Assembly: GCA_032128875.1 (NCBI GenBank)
Contig: JAVLKG010000004.1
Location: forward strand, 672,001 to 736,000
Origin: Candidatus Melainabacteria bacterium 17Bon1m
GTDB taxonomy: Bacteria; Cyanobacteriota; Vampirovibrionia; Obscuribacterales; Obscuribacteraceae
Direction of reading: 5' to 3'
Length of the DNA stretch: 64,000 bases
The notes under the pieces are model-generated. The model ran no database searches and was not told where the DNA came from. It was given only the letters and a program-made list of their open reading frames with translations. Within the stretch, counting starts at the first letter, position 1. Each line of letters opens with the position of its first letter. The position numbers and the translations under genes are program-made. Below are positions 26,713-37,401 of this stretch, piece after piece.

Positions 26713-28716
26713 CTATCGAGCAATCGATTCATTTGCCTCCTTCGATGAGCTGACGGCGTTCAGAAGGTATTTTTGTACGAACATTACCGTTGAGTAAAAC
26801 TGATAGTCGCTGTTCTTTTTCTTTGCAAATCCATGCCCTTCATCTTTAGCAGATAAATACCAAACAGGCACGCCACTCTTTTTAGTGGCATCTACAATTT
26901 GCCGGGCCTCGCTTGCCGGCACACGTGGATCGTTTTCTCCCTGGACCACGAATAGGGGCTTGCTGATTTTGTCCACCTTTTTGAGCGGTGCAATACTTTC
27001 TAGAAATTCGCGCATTTTTGCATCGCGCTCATCTCCGTATTCCACTCTTCTGAGATCGCGGCGATATTCTTGAGTGTGCTCTAAAAAAGTTACCAGGTTA
27101 GACATACCGACAACATCAACCGCGCAAGTTATACGCTCTGGATAAAACGTTGATATCGCCAACGTCATATGACCACCGTAGCTTCCGCCAGTGACCATAA
27201 GACGCTTAGAATCAAGGTCTTTGCGATTAGAAATCCAGTCAAAAAGCGCATCGATGTCTTTATATGAGTCGACACGATTAAAGCCGTTGTCCAGCTTCAA
27301 GAACGTTTTGCCATAGCCAGCCGAACCGCGGACGTTGGGGAAAATTAGAGCTACACCTAACTCGCTCAAGTAATAATTTAGACGACCTAGATATCCTGGG
27401 CGGGACTGACCTTCGGGTCCACCATGTATAACGACAATGACAGGACGCGGTCCAGTGAATTTGGCATCCGGCTTGTAATAAAAACCCGAAATGTCCTTGC
27501 CGTCGAAGCTTTTCCATTTGATCAGTTCAGGCTCTGAAAATTTCTCTGCTGCCACTAGGCCGGTTTCGCATTCCGTCCAACGTTCGACCTTATTTGATTT
27601 CACATCCAAAGAGAAGATGTCGTTTGGCATACGGGCGCTCTGAACTTGGAATGCCAGATCGCGACCATTTCTATGCCAGTCCAGACCATGCACTTCACCA
27701 AGCGGTATGTCTTTTGGTGCCCAATATTTTCCACTGGCAGTATCCATCAAATAGAGCTTGCTAAAGCCGTCTTCGTTGACCACAAAGGCGATCATTTTGC
27801 CATCGTAAGACAGGTCAAATTCTTGAACATCCCACTTAATATCGCTCGTCAAAGGTTTCAACTTTTTGGTAGCAAGATCAAGATAACTCAATGTCATAAA
27901 TTCTGAGCCACTGTCTGTGGTGACATACAGTCCCTTTCCATCCGGGGCAAAACGAATGGACTGATAGCTCGTCTGCTCGCCGGGTTTTCTCTCGGTCAAT
28001 GCCGTCATCTTCCCAGTGGCTACATCTGCCAGCCAAAGATAACTTTCATTGATCGAAACTTCTTCGTTCACTGCAACAGTCTTTCCGTCATACGAAACAT
28101 CACTTACCGAAAAGCCTTCGCCCTTCACCTGCGCCAGGAGACGATCTGTTTTTGGATCTCTAGGATCTACGATATAGATATCGTTGTTTTTTCCATCTCT
28201 GCGACTAGAGTTATATACAATCACTCTGCCATCTTTTGAAAAACGACCGCTTGTATTTCTCGACTTTCCATCTGTGATCAAAGCAACGTCACGCGTAGCA
28301 AGATCGTATTTATAGAATTGGAAAAATTCGTCACCACCTTTATCTTTGGTGAAAACGAAATAGTCTCCATCGACCGGCTGGTAGGCGCCACCGGAAACTC
28401 TATCCGGAAAAAACGTGAGCTGAGTGCGCGCGCCCATGGGCGTCTTTACGACATGCACTTGCTGGGTGTCGCCAAATCTCGTGTTGATGAGCATCTCTCT
28501 TTTCTTTGGATGCCAACTCGCAACAAATGCATTTCTGAAATTGGTATAGCGCTCGCATCCGGACACTATATTCAGTGGCACGGGAGGAACCCCCTCGATG
28601 ATCAGGTTGTCCGGACCTGGCAAAAATTCATCCTTAGCCGCAACAGCCGAAAAGCCTCCAATCAAAAGAGAAAGCGCAATTGACAGAACCAGTGATTTTT
28701 TCGCATTGAAGAGCAT
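26713..28716 (-). CDS. Secreted S9-family (prolyl oligopeptidase/acylaminoacyl peptidase-like) serine peptidase
   Basis: Signal peptide, beta-propeller region, IHGGPE, NVRGSAGYG, GGSYGG nucleophile, QGENDPRVP, DEGHGF. Confidence 0.93.
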   Translation of the reverse strand: MLFNAKKSLVLSIALSLLIGGFSAVAAKDEFLPGPDNLIIEGVPPVPLNIVSGCERYTNFRNAFVASWHPKKREMLINTRFGDTQQVHVVKTPMGARTQLTFFPDRVSGGAYQPVDGDYFVFTKDKGGDEFFQFYKYDLATRDVALITDGKSRNTSGRFSKDGRVIVYNSSRRDGKNNDIYIVDPRDPKTDRLLAQVKGEGFSVSDVSYDGKTVAVNEEVSINESYLWLADVATGKMTALTERKPGEQTSYQSIRFAPDGKGLYVTTDSGSEFMTLSYLDLATKKLKPLTSDIKWDVQEFDLSYDGKMIAFVVNEDGFSKLYLMDTASGKYWAPKDIPLGEVHGLDWHRNGRDLAFQVQSARMPNDIFSLDVKSNKVERWTECETGLVAAEKFSEPELIKWKSFDGKDISGFYYKPDAKFTGPRPVIVVIHGGPEGQSRPGYLGRLNYYLSELGVALIFPNVRGSAGYGKTFLKLDNGFNRVDSYKDIDALFDWISNRKDLDSKRLMVTGGSYGGHMTLAISTFYPERITCAVDVVGMSNLVTFLEHTQEYRRDLRRVEYGDERDAKMREFLESIAPLKKVDKISKPLFVVQGENDPRVPASEARQIVDATKKSGVPVWYLSAKDEGHGFAKKKNSDYQFYSTVMFVQKYLLNAVSSSKEANESIAR

Positions 28717-28741
28717 TTTTCTTCCTCTTTTGGTGATGAAA

Positions 28742-30103
28742 CTAAGTTTCGATTCGCGTGCCTTTTTTCAAAAGTTTTTCACTGAAGAATGACAGCAGTC
28801 CGGCAAGAATAAGTGAAGCAGCCATTGTATAAAGCCCATAGTGAAAACTGCCGGTAGATTGCTTGATGGCGCCAACAATGTATGGTCCGACAAAGCCGCC
28901 GAGATTTCCCGTGGAATTGACAAAACCAATACCGGCAGCCTTGATTCGAGCAGGCAAAAGAGAAGTACCGAGAGACCAGAAAGGACCTACGGTGCCCCAA
29001 ATACCGAAGGCAGTGATACTGAGTGTGACAAGGGACAACCAAGGATTGTCGATCAAACTCGTAAGAACAAATCCTGCCGCCGCAATAAACGCAGATGTGG
29101 CCACATGCAGCCGCCGCTCACCAGTGCGCTCGGCACTTTTGGCGATGAAGATCATGCCAACGGCCTGAAAAATTGCCGGCAAAACAGTAACTAACGCAGT
29201 TTGACCATCACTCAGTCCACCAAAACCTTTGATGATTTTGGGCAGCCAGAGCTGAAATCCGTACATGCCGAGCGTCAATGAAAAATAGAGAAGTGAAAGT
29301 AAAACCAACGAGCCTGTTGTTTCGCTGTTGAAAAGTTTTACCGAGTCTTTCGATGCGGCAGCCTTTAAGCGATCTTTTTCCACTTCGGCTTTTAGCCAAA
29401 TTTTTTCCTCATCGGTCAACCACTTCGCATTCTCCGGCTTATCGGTCAAGAAAAATAGCGTGATGATGCCCATCAATACAGATGGAAAACCCGTGATTAA
29501 AAACAACCACTTCCAGCCCGGCAATCCCATGATGCCACCCATCTCGAGAATCTTCGATGAAATGAGTCCGCCAAGGACACCAGCCGCCGGTATCGCCGCC
29601 ATGAATTTTGCGACCGCAACGCCTCTCTGTCTTTCAGGAAACCAATAAGTAAGATAAAGAATCATTCCTGGGAAAAAGCCTGCTTCGGCTGCGCCAAGAA
29701 AGAAGCGAAGCACATAAAAGGAGTGAATAGAATTCGCCAGAGCAAGCGCCATTGTTATCGCACCCCAGACGACCATAATTACGGAAATCCACTTGCGAGC
29801 GCCGAGTTTCTCCATAGCCAGATTGCCCGGAGCTCCGAAAAGAAAATAACCAATGAAGAAAATCGCCAAACCGAATCCAAAAGCTTCATCGGTCATTTTC
29901 AAGTCTGTGTACATCTGCAATCCGGCAAACGACACATTGATTCGATCAAGGTAGGAAAGAATGTAGAGCGAAAACATGTACGGAATGAGGCGATTAGTCA
30001 CCTTCTTCAACGTCTTTTCGCCGGCGGCATCGGCAGGAGAATTCTGCGGAAGCTCGCTTCTGATATCGCTCGTTATGTTATCGGCATTCATTCGTTGCCG
30101 CAA
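28742..30103 (-). CDS. MFS transporter, anion:cation symporter family (organic-acid permease-like)
   Basis: YLDRINVSFA, GARKWI, RFFLGAAEAGFFPG...YWFP, GWKWLF..TG.P, AAGIGFVNS.GNLGGFVGPY. Confidence 0.92.
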   Translation of the reverse strand: MRQRMNADNITSDIRSELPQNSPADAAGEKTLKKVTNRLIPYMFSLYILSYLDRINVSFAGLQMYTDLKMTDEAFGFGLAIFFIGYFLFGAPGNLAMEKLGARKWISVIMVVWGAITMALALANSIHSFYVLRFFLGAAEAGFFPGMILYLTYWFPERQRGVAVAKFMAAIPAAGVLGGLISSKILEMGGIMGLPGWKWLFLITGFPSVLMGIITLFFLTDKPENAKWLTDEEKIWLKAEVEKDRLKAAASKDSVKLFNSETTGSLVLLSLLYFSLTLGMYGFQLWLPKIIKGFGGLSDGQTALVTVLPAIFQAVGMIFIAKSAERTGERRLHVATSAFIAAAGFVLTSLIDNPWLSLVTLSITAFGIWGTVGPFWSLGTSLLPARIKAAGIGFVNSTGNLGGFVGPYIVGAIKQSTGSFHYGLYTMAASLILAGLLSFFSEKLLKKGTRIET

Positions 30104-30117
30104 ACTCTCTTTATGAA

Positions 30118-31515
30118 TTATGGAAATCCAAAAACAGCGCCGCCCGGCACGCCACCCATGCCGTAACCACCCATACCGTAACCGCCCATCGGCATACCAT
30201 ATCCGCCGCCGTACATTCCGCCGGACATCATGCTGGTGCCGACCATAGAGCCAACCTCACCGAGAGCTTTCGCCAAGCCACGAAAGAATGGATGACCGTG
30301 ATTCTTTTGCGTGCTGTTCGATGCTTGAGTCTGCTGATTATAGGCCGGTTGCTGTGCGTATTGACTGCTGTAGCCCTGAGATTGAGTATACGAAGGTTGG
30401 CTCTGCCCGTAGGCTTGCGGCTGCTGTTGCTGCGGGCGATAACTGGCCGAATAGTTTTGCGCCGGAGCTGGTGCGCTATCGTCTTCAAACTCGCGCTGAA
30501 GGTCGGAATTGTAATTGTTGTGTCTTGCGTAAGCAGTCTGTGGAGCCTGCTGTTGCCGATACTGTTGTTGTTGATACTGCTGCTGTTGCTGCGGGTTTTG
30601 GACAAGGGGCGCAATATTCAATTCTTGATCGCCTGCAGCTTGACCTGCTTGCTGTTTGTGCAAGAGCTCAACTGCGCTCATCAGCATATTTACTTGCTCA
30701 GGAATCGATGCGTGAATGTCGGTCGGATCCGTAGGAAACATCGCCTTTTCGAGCGGACGCAATCTTTCAATCATCGGTTTTTGCGGAAAAGCTTGACCTT
30801 CAATCTGCGTCTCCAACCAGGCAACTTTCTGTTCGATACTTCCGTTTCTTGGCTCGGTTTGATAGAACGCCGAATTTTGACTGCCGTTGAATTTCTTGTC
30901 CGCGTACTGAGCAATTCTGTCGACACGGTCAGCAAGATCTTCATTCGAGTGTGTTTTGCCGAACGCTTTGAGTTCTAGCTGGTCCAACCTATGCTTAATC
31001 GGCTCGCCTTTATAAGGTTTTCCAAGAAGCACGGTCTCAAGCTCAGTTACCCGCGGGTAATCAGTGCCGCTTGCGGTGTCGGAATCATCCGCTTGCCCAC
31101 CGGCATTCGAACCGTCATTTGACTGAGCCTGGCTGGTCTGATTGTTTTGCCCACCTTGCCCAGGCGACTGAGACTGTCCGGAATCATCGCTCTTTTGAGC
31201 GGGCACGGCATTAACAAGTTGCTGAAGGCGGCTCTGGTCATCACCGGTGCGCGCTTCGCCAAAGACCATCTTCTCTAGCCTTGTCAATCTATCTTCCGTT
31301 GTGTCCTGAGGATAGGTGTGCTCAAAAAAGCGAGTTTCGAGCGCATTTAAATCAGGCGAACCACCTGCCATGGAGGCAGGTGCGAATGCGAGAAAGGCAA
31401 AGGTAACTACAGCAAGCATCATCCAGACGAAATCGGATGCCCGAAATTCGGCGGCACGGCTATACGGACTCGATTTGCCACCCGCGAGGGCGGCGAGCAA
31501 ACGCGCGGTCTTCAT
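30118..31515 (-). CDS. Secreted protein with LE...RL..LE helical repeats, a Gln-rich linker and a Gly/Met/Tyr-rich tail
   Basis: Signal-like segment ending PASMA; repeats LETRFF...DRLTRLEKMVFG, LETVLLG...HRLDQLELKAFG and LETQIEG...ERLRPLEKAMFP. Confidence 0.7.
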   Translation of the reverse strand: MKTARLLAALAGGKSSPYSRAAEFRASDFVWMMLAVVTFAFLAFAPASMAGGSPDLNALETRFFEHTYPQDTTEDRLTRLEKMVFGEARTGDDQSRLQQLVNAVPAQKSDDSGQSQSPGQGGQNNQTSQAQSNDGSNAGGQADDSDTASGTDYPRVTELETVLLGKPYKGEPIKHRLDQLELKAFGKTHSNEDLADRVDRIAQYADKKFNGSQNSAFYQTEPRNGSIEQKVAWLETQIEGQAFPQKPMIERLRPLEKAMFPTDPTDIHASIPEQVNMLMSAVELLHKQQAGQAAGDQELNIAPLVQNPQQQQQYQQQQYRQQQAPQTAYARHNNYNSDLQREFEDDSAPAPAQNYSASYRPQQQQPQAYGQSQPSYTQSQGYSSQYAQQPAYNQQTQASNSTQKNHGHPFFRGLAKALGEVGSMVGTSMMSGGMYGGGYGMPMGGYGMGGYGMGGVPGGAVFGFP

Positions 31516-31663
31516 CGCACAGATTATAGCCGCACCAAAAAAGCATAATCAAATAAGCATTAGAAGAACTCATAAGGATGGTCAAGCAGTAAAAGTACAT
31601 GAGCACTCGTATAGAATTGAAATCGGGGTCTTTTATCAAAAGCGCTAAGAAAAGCCTGGTGGC

Positions 31664-33424
31664 ATGGATATCGACAATCTAGATTGGGGACCGGATGAGG
31701 TCCAGGTCTTGATCGCGGATGCGGATAAAGCCGTAGCCGCGCAACGCTATGCCGATGCTGAACAGCTTTTAACCAGGGCTATTGGACTACTGGAAACTCC
31801 GCAGGGCTCGCTCGACCCTGACATGGCTAATTGCCTACAAAAATTGAGCGAAGTTTATTGCGCTCTTGATGACTTCGAAAGGGCTGCGCCCGTTTTCGAG
31901 AAGTTACTGCACCTTGGCGAAAAGATGCTGGGCAGACATGACCCTGACATGATCGTCATCTCCTACAGGCTAGCCACTGCCTATGAGCTTCTCGGTCGCT
32001 CTGACGAAGCCGGTCAAATGTACGCTCGCGCTGTTCAAAATGCAGAAGACGGTTTGGGCACCGGCGATCCACTCACAAAACGATTCCGCGATGGCTATGC
32101 CGGATGGCTGGAAAGACGTGCCAGACCTACAGCAGGCGAACGCATCGACTTTGCCCAGCAGGCCGGTTATGGCGGCGCCGATGGATTCCGCAAGCGCGAT
32201 AACTTCAAGGCAACCAAAGAACTCGAACTCGAATTGGATGCAATGCCCGACGAGTCCGGGGCTGGTGGACCAAAAACTCGCGCCACCTTCAAAGTCCGTA
32301 TGCTCAAGACTTTGGGGCGCTGGGGTCATATCATCATCCCCGCGATTTGTTCGCTCTTGTTATTAGTCGGCGCCTCTTTGTGGATGCAAACGCTGGTCAA
32401 GAACAGCGCGACAAAAGGAGTTAAGTCGGACGCGGAAGTCTATGGGCGAGTCGGAACAACATACACTTCACTCGATAAGACAGTCAGCGTCTCAATTTTG
32501 AACGACAAAGAAGTGAAGATGAATATCAACGGCGCTGAAGCAAAAGTGCCTTACGTGCTCATCACCAACGGCTTGCTAGATGCTCAAAAGGTGATTGAAG
32601 GTTATTTCGTACCTCGCGAGAAGTGGTATCAATTCGTCGACGACCAGCTTGTTGCGCAAGACGGCGGCAAGCTCTACGCCAAAACTGCCGTAGAGTGGCG
32701 CGTCATCGATGGCATGATGCGCATCGTTGATTTTGCGCAAAACTACTTCAAGCTCAAGGGCACGTATCCTTCCAATGCCGAGCGTTGGAAAACTCAACTG
32801 GTTTCGAAATGGGTAAACCCAATCACCGGGCGAGCAGAGCCCATTATTCTTCAATCGGTCTCGCTCGACGTCGGCCTCTCGTACATTTTCGGCGGCGCTG
32901 ACACTCAGAAGAAAGTGCTCGATTTCCTCGGAACAGGCGCCACCTGGGTCGATGAAACCAAAGCAGACAAGTGCTCGATTAAGTGCCTAACTACATTCGG
33001 CACAGAGAAATCGGTAGATGGCTTCAGATCTCGCGATTTCTATATTCATGGATTCGACCGCGATGCGCAGGTCTTACCCGGCGCCACGCCGAAAGAGCAC
33101 ACAGTAATTTATCTGGATAATGGCGAAGACAAATTCACTCAAAAGTCGCAAGCAGCCTTGAAAGATAAAGCTTCCGGCGAAAGGTTGATGCCTCACCGCC
33201 TCTATCTAGTCCGCATGAAAAACGAAGGTGATCCCTTCCTCGTCAAGGACGCCGGCTACTTCCTTGTTGGTGGACTAGCAGCGTTTTTCTTCGTTCTTTG
33301 GGCGTTGATCGACGTTCCAAGCCGTCTGAAACGGGAAGGTTCGAAGATTCGCCTGCTGGAAGTTTTGACCGTTACTTTCCTCTTACTTGTTCTAGTTCGC
33401 TATGTCATGAAATTGCTTGCTTAG
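31664..33424 (+). CDS. Membrane protein with N-terminal TPRs, one TM, a large extracytoplasmic domain and two C-terminal TMs
   Basis: TPRs in about the first 150 aa; TM IIIPAICSLLLLVGASLWM; two C-terminal hydrophobic helices. Confidence 0.75.
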   Translation: MDIDNLDWGPDEVQVLIADADKAVAAQRYADAEQLLTRAIGLLETPQGSLDPDMANCLQKLSEVYCALDDFERAAPVFEKLLHLGEKMLGRHDPDMIVISYRLATAYELLGRSDEAGQMYARAVQNAEDGLGTGDPLTKRFRDGYAGWLERRARPTAGERIDFAQQAGYGGADGFRKRDNFKATKELELELDAMPDESGAGGPKTRATFKVRMLKTLGRWGHIIIPAICSLLLLVGASLWMQTLVKNSATKGVKSDAEVYGRVGTTYTSLDKTVSVSILNDKEVKMNINGAEAKVPYVLITNGLLDAQKVIEGYFVPREKWYQFVDDQLVAQDGGKLYAKTAVEWRVIDGMMRIVDFAQNYFKLKGTYPSNAERWKTQLVSKWVNPITGRAEPIILQSVSLDVGLSYIFGGADTQKKVLDFLGTGATWVDETKADKCSIKCLTTFGTEKSVDGFRSRDFYIHGFDRDAQVLPGATPKEHTVIYLDNGEDKFTQKSQAALKDKASGERLMPHRLYLVRMKNEGDPFLVKDAGYFLVGGLAAFFFVLWALIDVPSRLKREGSKIRLLEVLTVTFLLLVLVRYVMKLLA

Positions 33425-33565
33425 AAATCTTTTCATTTTGGGCAACCAGGACAGTTTCAGCAGAATGTCATGGCGTTAATTTCACGCTAGTCCGTCGCGG
33501 CTAAAATTTGGCTATTAGTCGACCCAGGTCGGCTGAACAATTATCAACAGCCAACCAACACAGCC

Positions 33566-34243
33566 ATGCAAGAAAAACAAACACAAGCTGCACACCCAAA
33601 TCCAAAAGACCGCAATCGATCAATCATCTGGGCGCGATTTGCCGCTGATTCTGCCGAGTGGGTGATTCTCTCGCTGCGAGCAACGGACATCGTCTCTGAT
33701 GGCAACGCTCAGAAGCTTGTCTCGATAGCTGTGCTGGGACACTGTGGCAAGGTTCTTTTGGAGACTCTCATCAAAACCAGCGAATTCTCTGCGCGAGAGG
33801 CAATCGAAGGCCACGGCATCGACTACGCAGTGCTGATGAAGGCTCAAAAATATGAGGATGCGGTCGCGGAAATCAAACGATTGATCGAGCGCAAGCAAGT
33901 ATTTTGTTGGGATGCCATCGAAACTCGTCAGCTCCTCAGTCAGGTGGCTGCCGCCAACAAAGCTGACGTATTGAGTATTCCTCTTATAAGCGTAAATGAA
34001 GAGTACGGACGATTTATAGGCAAGTTGAAACCAGGCACATCAAGTTACGAATCGCCTGAATTGAAGCCAGAAAAGAGCGCCGTAGAAACGGCTAAAAACG
34101 TGCTTGCCACCATTATGCAAATGGCAGGCAGCAATCAAAATCTTGATAGCGCCAGCGCCTCACCGATGGGTTGGACAGGGGAATTCTATCGTCCAAAAAC
34201 TTCGCCGGCAGAGAAGATCAAAGGTCTTTTCGGCATCGATTAG
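33566..34243 (+). CDS. DEDDh (DnaQ-like) 3'-5' exonuclease-fold protein lacking catalytic acidic residues
   Basis: WVILSLRATD...LVSIAVL...GKVLLETLIK......EAIEGHGI....L.KA..Y........LI..KQVFCWDA follows the DnaQ-like pattern (xVILDTETTG...IxEIAxx...GxVLLxTLVKP...EAxxIHGI...YNAxFD), with the catalytic positions substituted. Confidence 0.65.
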   Translation: MQEKQTQAAHPNPKDRNRSIIWARFAADSAEWVILSLRATDIVSDGNAQKLVSIAVLGHCGKVLLETLIKTSEFSAREAIEGHGIDYAVLMKAQKYEDAVAEIKRLIERKQVFCWDAIETRQLLSQVAAANKADVLSIPLISVNEEYGRFIGKLKPGTSSYESPELKPEKSAVETAKNVLATIMQMAGSNQNLDSASASPMGWTGEFYRPKTSPAEKIKGLFGID

Positions 34244-34258
34244 GTAATTAAACAAAGA

Positions 34259-35707
34259 GTGACTGCCAACATCAAAGAGCGTGCCAAAAGGAACTCCTAC
34301 GACGCAGTAGTGATCGGTTCTGGCATAAACGGTCTATCAGCCGCAATCACTCTGGCAGCGACTGGCATGTCTGTACTTATTTTGGAAGCGCAGTCAACCA
34401 TCGGGGGTGCCTGCCGCACCCTGCCTCTGACATTACCGGGCTTCAAACACGACATTTGCTCTTCCATACATCCCCTGGCAATCGGCTCTCCCTTCTTTCG
34501 AACACTGCCCTTAGAAAAATATGGGCTCAAATGGATACACGCCGATTTTCCTTTCGCGCATCCGTTTGAAGATGGAGCAGCAGTCATATTTCATCGCTCC
34601 ATAGAAAAAACTGCCGCGCATTTGGAAGAAGACTCTGCAGCATATAGAAAACTCTTTAACAGCTTGAATCCTGACTGGGACGAGCTCTCGTCCGCACTTT
34701 TAAAACCGCCGCAAATGCTGAAATATCCTTTTGGGCTCGCCCATTTCGGCATGAAAGCACTAATGTCCGCACGGACACTTGTAGAACGGAAGTTCAAAGG
34801 ACGAAAAGCTCGAGCACTGTTTTGCGGCGTAGCAGCGCACAGTGCACTGCGCCTGGAAGATCCAGCATCTGCGTCTGTCGGTCTCGTTCTTTCAGTTGCC
34901 GGTCACGTAGTCGGTTGGCCTTTTCCTGAAGGTGGTGCACAAAGTTTGACAGATGCACTCGTTGCGTATTTCCTATCGCTTGGCGGTGAAATCATCAGCG
35001 AATGCAATGTCGAGTCACTCGACGAGCTTCCGCCATCCAAGCTGGTTTTGTGTGACATCACGCCGCGACAATTGCTCAAGATTGCCGGTGATAAATTACC
35101 TCAATCCTATAGAGCTCAACTTACACGCTTTACCTATGGACCCGGTTCTTTCAAAGTCGATTGGGCCCTCGATTCGCCTGTGCCCTGGAAAAATGAAGCA
35201 GTGGGCAATGCTGGAACAGTCCATATAGGCGGGACAATGGAAGAAATTGCCAGCGCCGAAGCGGCCGTTGTTAGAGGCGAGCATCCTGAGCGTCCATATA
35301 TTCTTCTTGCCCAGACCAGTCTCTTCGACTCAACAAGAGCACCAGACAATAAACATACGCTCTGGGGCTACTGCCATGTTCCTAACGGCTCAACCTTCGA
35401 TATGACAGAACGCATCGAAGACCAGATTGAGCGTGTGGCGCCGGGTTTTCGCAAGACAATTCTCCAGCGAAATGCATTGTCGCCAATGGCAATGGAAGAG
35501 AAAAATGCCAATCATATCGGTGGTGATATCAATGGTGGTGCACTCAATCTCGGTCAGCTCTTCACGAGACCGAGCATTCGTGCGATACCATATTCGACAC
35601 CAGTTCCAGGACTGTATTTATGTTCTTCATCAACGCCTCCCGGTGGCGGAGTGCACGGGATGCCCGGTTGGTATGCGGCACAATGCGCGCTGCACAATTG
35701 GCGCTGA
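34259..35707 (+). CDS. Phytoene dehydrogenase-related FAD-dependent oxidoreductase (COG1233-like)
   Basis: DAVVIGSGINGL dinucleotide-binding motif, HDICSSIHP, GLYLCSSSTPPGGGVHGMPG. Confidence 0.9.
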   Translation: MTANIKERAKRNSYDAVVIGSGINGLSAAITLAATGMSVLILEAQSTIGGACRTLPLTLPGFKHDICSSIHPLAIGSPFFRTLPLEKYGLKWIHADFPFAHPFEDGAAVIFHRSIEKTAAHLEEDSAAYRKLFNSLNPDWDELSSALLKPPQMLKYPFGLAHFGMKALMSARTLVERKFKGRKARALFCGVAAHSALRLEDPASASVGLVLSVAGHVVGWPFPEGGAQSLTDALVAYFLSLGGEIISECNVESLDELPPSKLVLCDITPRQLLKIAGDKLPQSYRAQLTRFTYGPGSFKVDWALDSPVPWKNEAVGNAGTVHIGGTMEEIASAEAAVVRGEHPERPYILLAQTSLFDSTRAPDNKHTLWGYCHVPNGSTFDMTERIEDQIERVAPGFRKTILQRNALSPMAMEEKNANHIGGDINGGALNLGQLFTRPSIRAIPYSTPVPGLYLCSSSTPPGGGVHGMPGWYAAQCALHNWR

Positions 35708-35783
35708 TCAATAAGAGCGCGTTTCGCCATTAAGAAGCGCGTTGCATGATTGTCACCGATCAAGGCGGCTCGCCGCGTTTTTC

Positions 35784-37124
35784 CTAGAGTTTTCTGAAAA
35801 CAACTCGACGGTTTAGCTGTCTACCCATTGCAGTGGAGTTGTCGGCAACTGGTTTTGTATATCCAAATCCGGTTGGTTTCAAGCGTCCAGAAGCGATGCC
35901 GATATTGACCAGATAAGACTTCACAGAGTTTGCTCGTCTTTGAGACAACTTCATGTTGTAGTCCATACCGCCTATGATATCGGTGTGACCTTCGACACCC
36001 AGGCGAAGCTTCGGATGTTGTTCTAAGTAAACAGCCAGCTTGTTCAAGATTGGCTTAGACACTGCGCGAATGTTCGACTTATCGAAGTCGAAGAGAATAG
36101 CCCTTGTCGTCGCCTCGCCAGTATCTTCAAGTGATTTGATGATGCGACGCGCTTCTGCATTCGGGTCGACACTTTCATCTTTAATCAACCCTTCCAGCTT
36201 TGGATGCCTGAGTTGAACCAAATTCCAGAGGAAAGGTCCTTGTCCTCTCACCATCAGTGGAAAGCGTGGATTGTCTAGAATCCAGTATTGCCAGTTGTTG
36301 TCGGTTTGGGCATGAATGGTGCGTACTGAAACCAAATGATCGTTGATGAAAAGATCTGCAGGTTCGACATTCAGAGCGCGAATGGTGTGAGCAAGAGGAA
36401 AAACTTCGCGATTATATTTCAGTGGTGTGTCCGGTCCGTCGAGCTCGAAGTCGCTAATTTCGCCACGTTTTAATGAATTGAATACGGCATCCGAAACACG
36501 CAAAATATTTGTATATCCAACAAGCGTGCAATTCTGATGCTCGGGATAAAAAAGACTGACGCGGCGCGACGTTTTGACGTCGTTCATCTCGGTTGCGCGC
36601 GAACCCTCACCTTTGGCGGGCGGTGTCATATGCCATCTAAAGCTGTATCCTGACGCATCGTTGAACTCGACATCAGCTACAAAGGCGTAATCACCAATTC
36701 GTTGCCAGCGAGTATCTACGCCTTGGACAATCGGAAAAACGACGCGCAAGTCTTTGAACATGGTCAACTTGTCGGTCAAATCTCTCTTTGCCGCCGGAGT
36801 GCTCGGAACCGACTTAGTCGGTTGCTTTGCAGGAAGAGCAGTCGGAATTGACGCTGCTTGTGCCGATGGTTGAGTCTGCGCGGGTAAAGTTTGAGTCGGT
36901 TGCGTGGCAGGGCTCGCTGCAGGCATGGTCGGTGGAACACCAGCATTGCTCTGAGCCGGTTGTCCGGGAGTCGGCGCATACTGCGGCGCTGGCTGCGGTG
37001 TAGCAGTGGGTGTCTGGACAGGTGCTCCAATTGACTGCGCCAAGGTTGGCAAGCTCAGGACCAACAATATATAGAGGGCAATGGGCGCAATAAAGCCAAA
37101 GGGAAACAACCGGGTCGCCTTCAA
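35784..37124 (-). CDS. OmpA-family protein (signal peptide, Pro-rich linker, unknown domain, OmpA-like C-terminal domain)
   Basis: ILFDFDKS.I...VEGHTD..G..DYNMKLSQRRANSV..YL...GFG.TKPVADNSTA.GRQLNRRV. Confidence 0.9.
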   Translation of the reverse strand: MKATRLFPFGFIAPIALYILLVLSLPTLAQSIGAPVQTPTATPQPAPQYAPTPGQPAQSNAGVPPTMPAASPATQPTQTLPAQTQPSAQAASIPTALPAKQPTKSVPSTPAAKRDLTDKLTMFKDLRVVFPIVQGVDTRWQRIGDYAFVADVEFNDASGYSFRWHMTPPAKGEGSRATEMNDVKTSRRVSLFYPEHQNCTLVGYTNILRVSDAVFNSLKRGEISDFELDGPDTPLKYNREVFPLAHTIRALNVEPADLFINDHLVSVRTIHAQTDNNWQYWILDNPRFPLMVRGQGPFLWNLVQLRHPKLEGLIKDESVDPNAEARRIIKSLEDTGEATTRAILFDFDKSNIRAVSKPILNKLAVYLEQHPKLRLGVEGHTDIIGGMDYNMKLSQRRANSVKSYLVNIGIASGRLKPTGFGYTKPVADNSTAMGRQLNRRVVFRKL

Positions 37125-37401
37125 ATCAAACTCCTCAGAATGCGTTCGAACAGTGCTGAGGCTGATTATTTCAGATAGAGAAGGCTTAGACCGCCTAGGT
37201 TAGTTATCTATAGCCAGTTGCTTTGGATTGCTTTACAACATCACGCGGGAAAAACAATGCGAATTGGTTGGGCAGAGAGATGTTACCAATAAAATCTAGG
37301 CGCCCGTGAGGCTCTTGCAATTTAATCTTGTCAGGCGAAACTGCGTCGGGGCTCATGTGTATCAGCAGATAGACCGAGAGGCTAGTAGAGGAGGAAGGGT
37401 C

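Noticed and set aside
34259-35707. crtI and a carotenoid pathway
   Set aside because: Matches the broad COG1233-like group; no other crt genes nearby.
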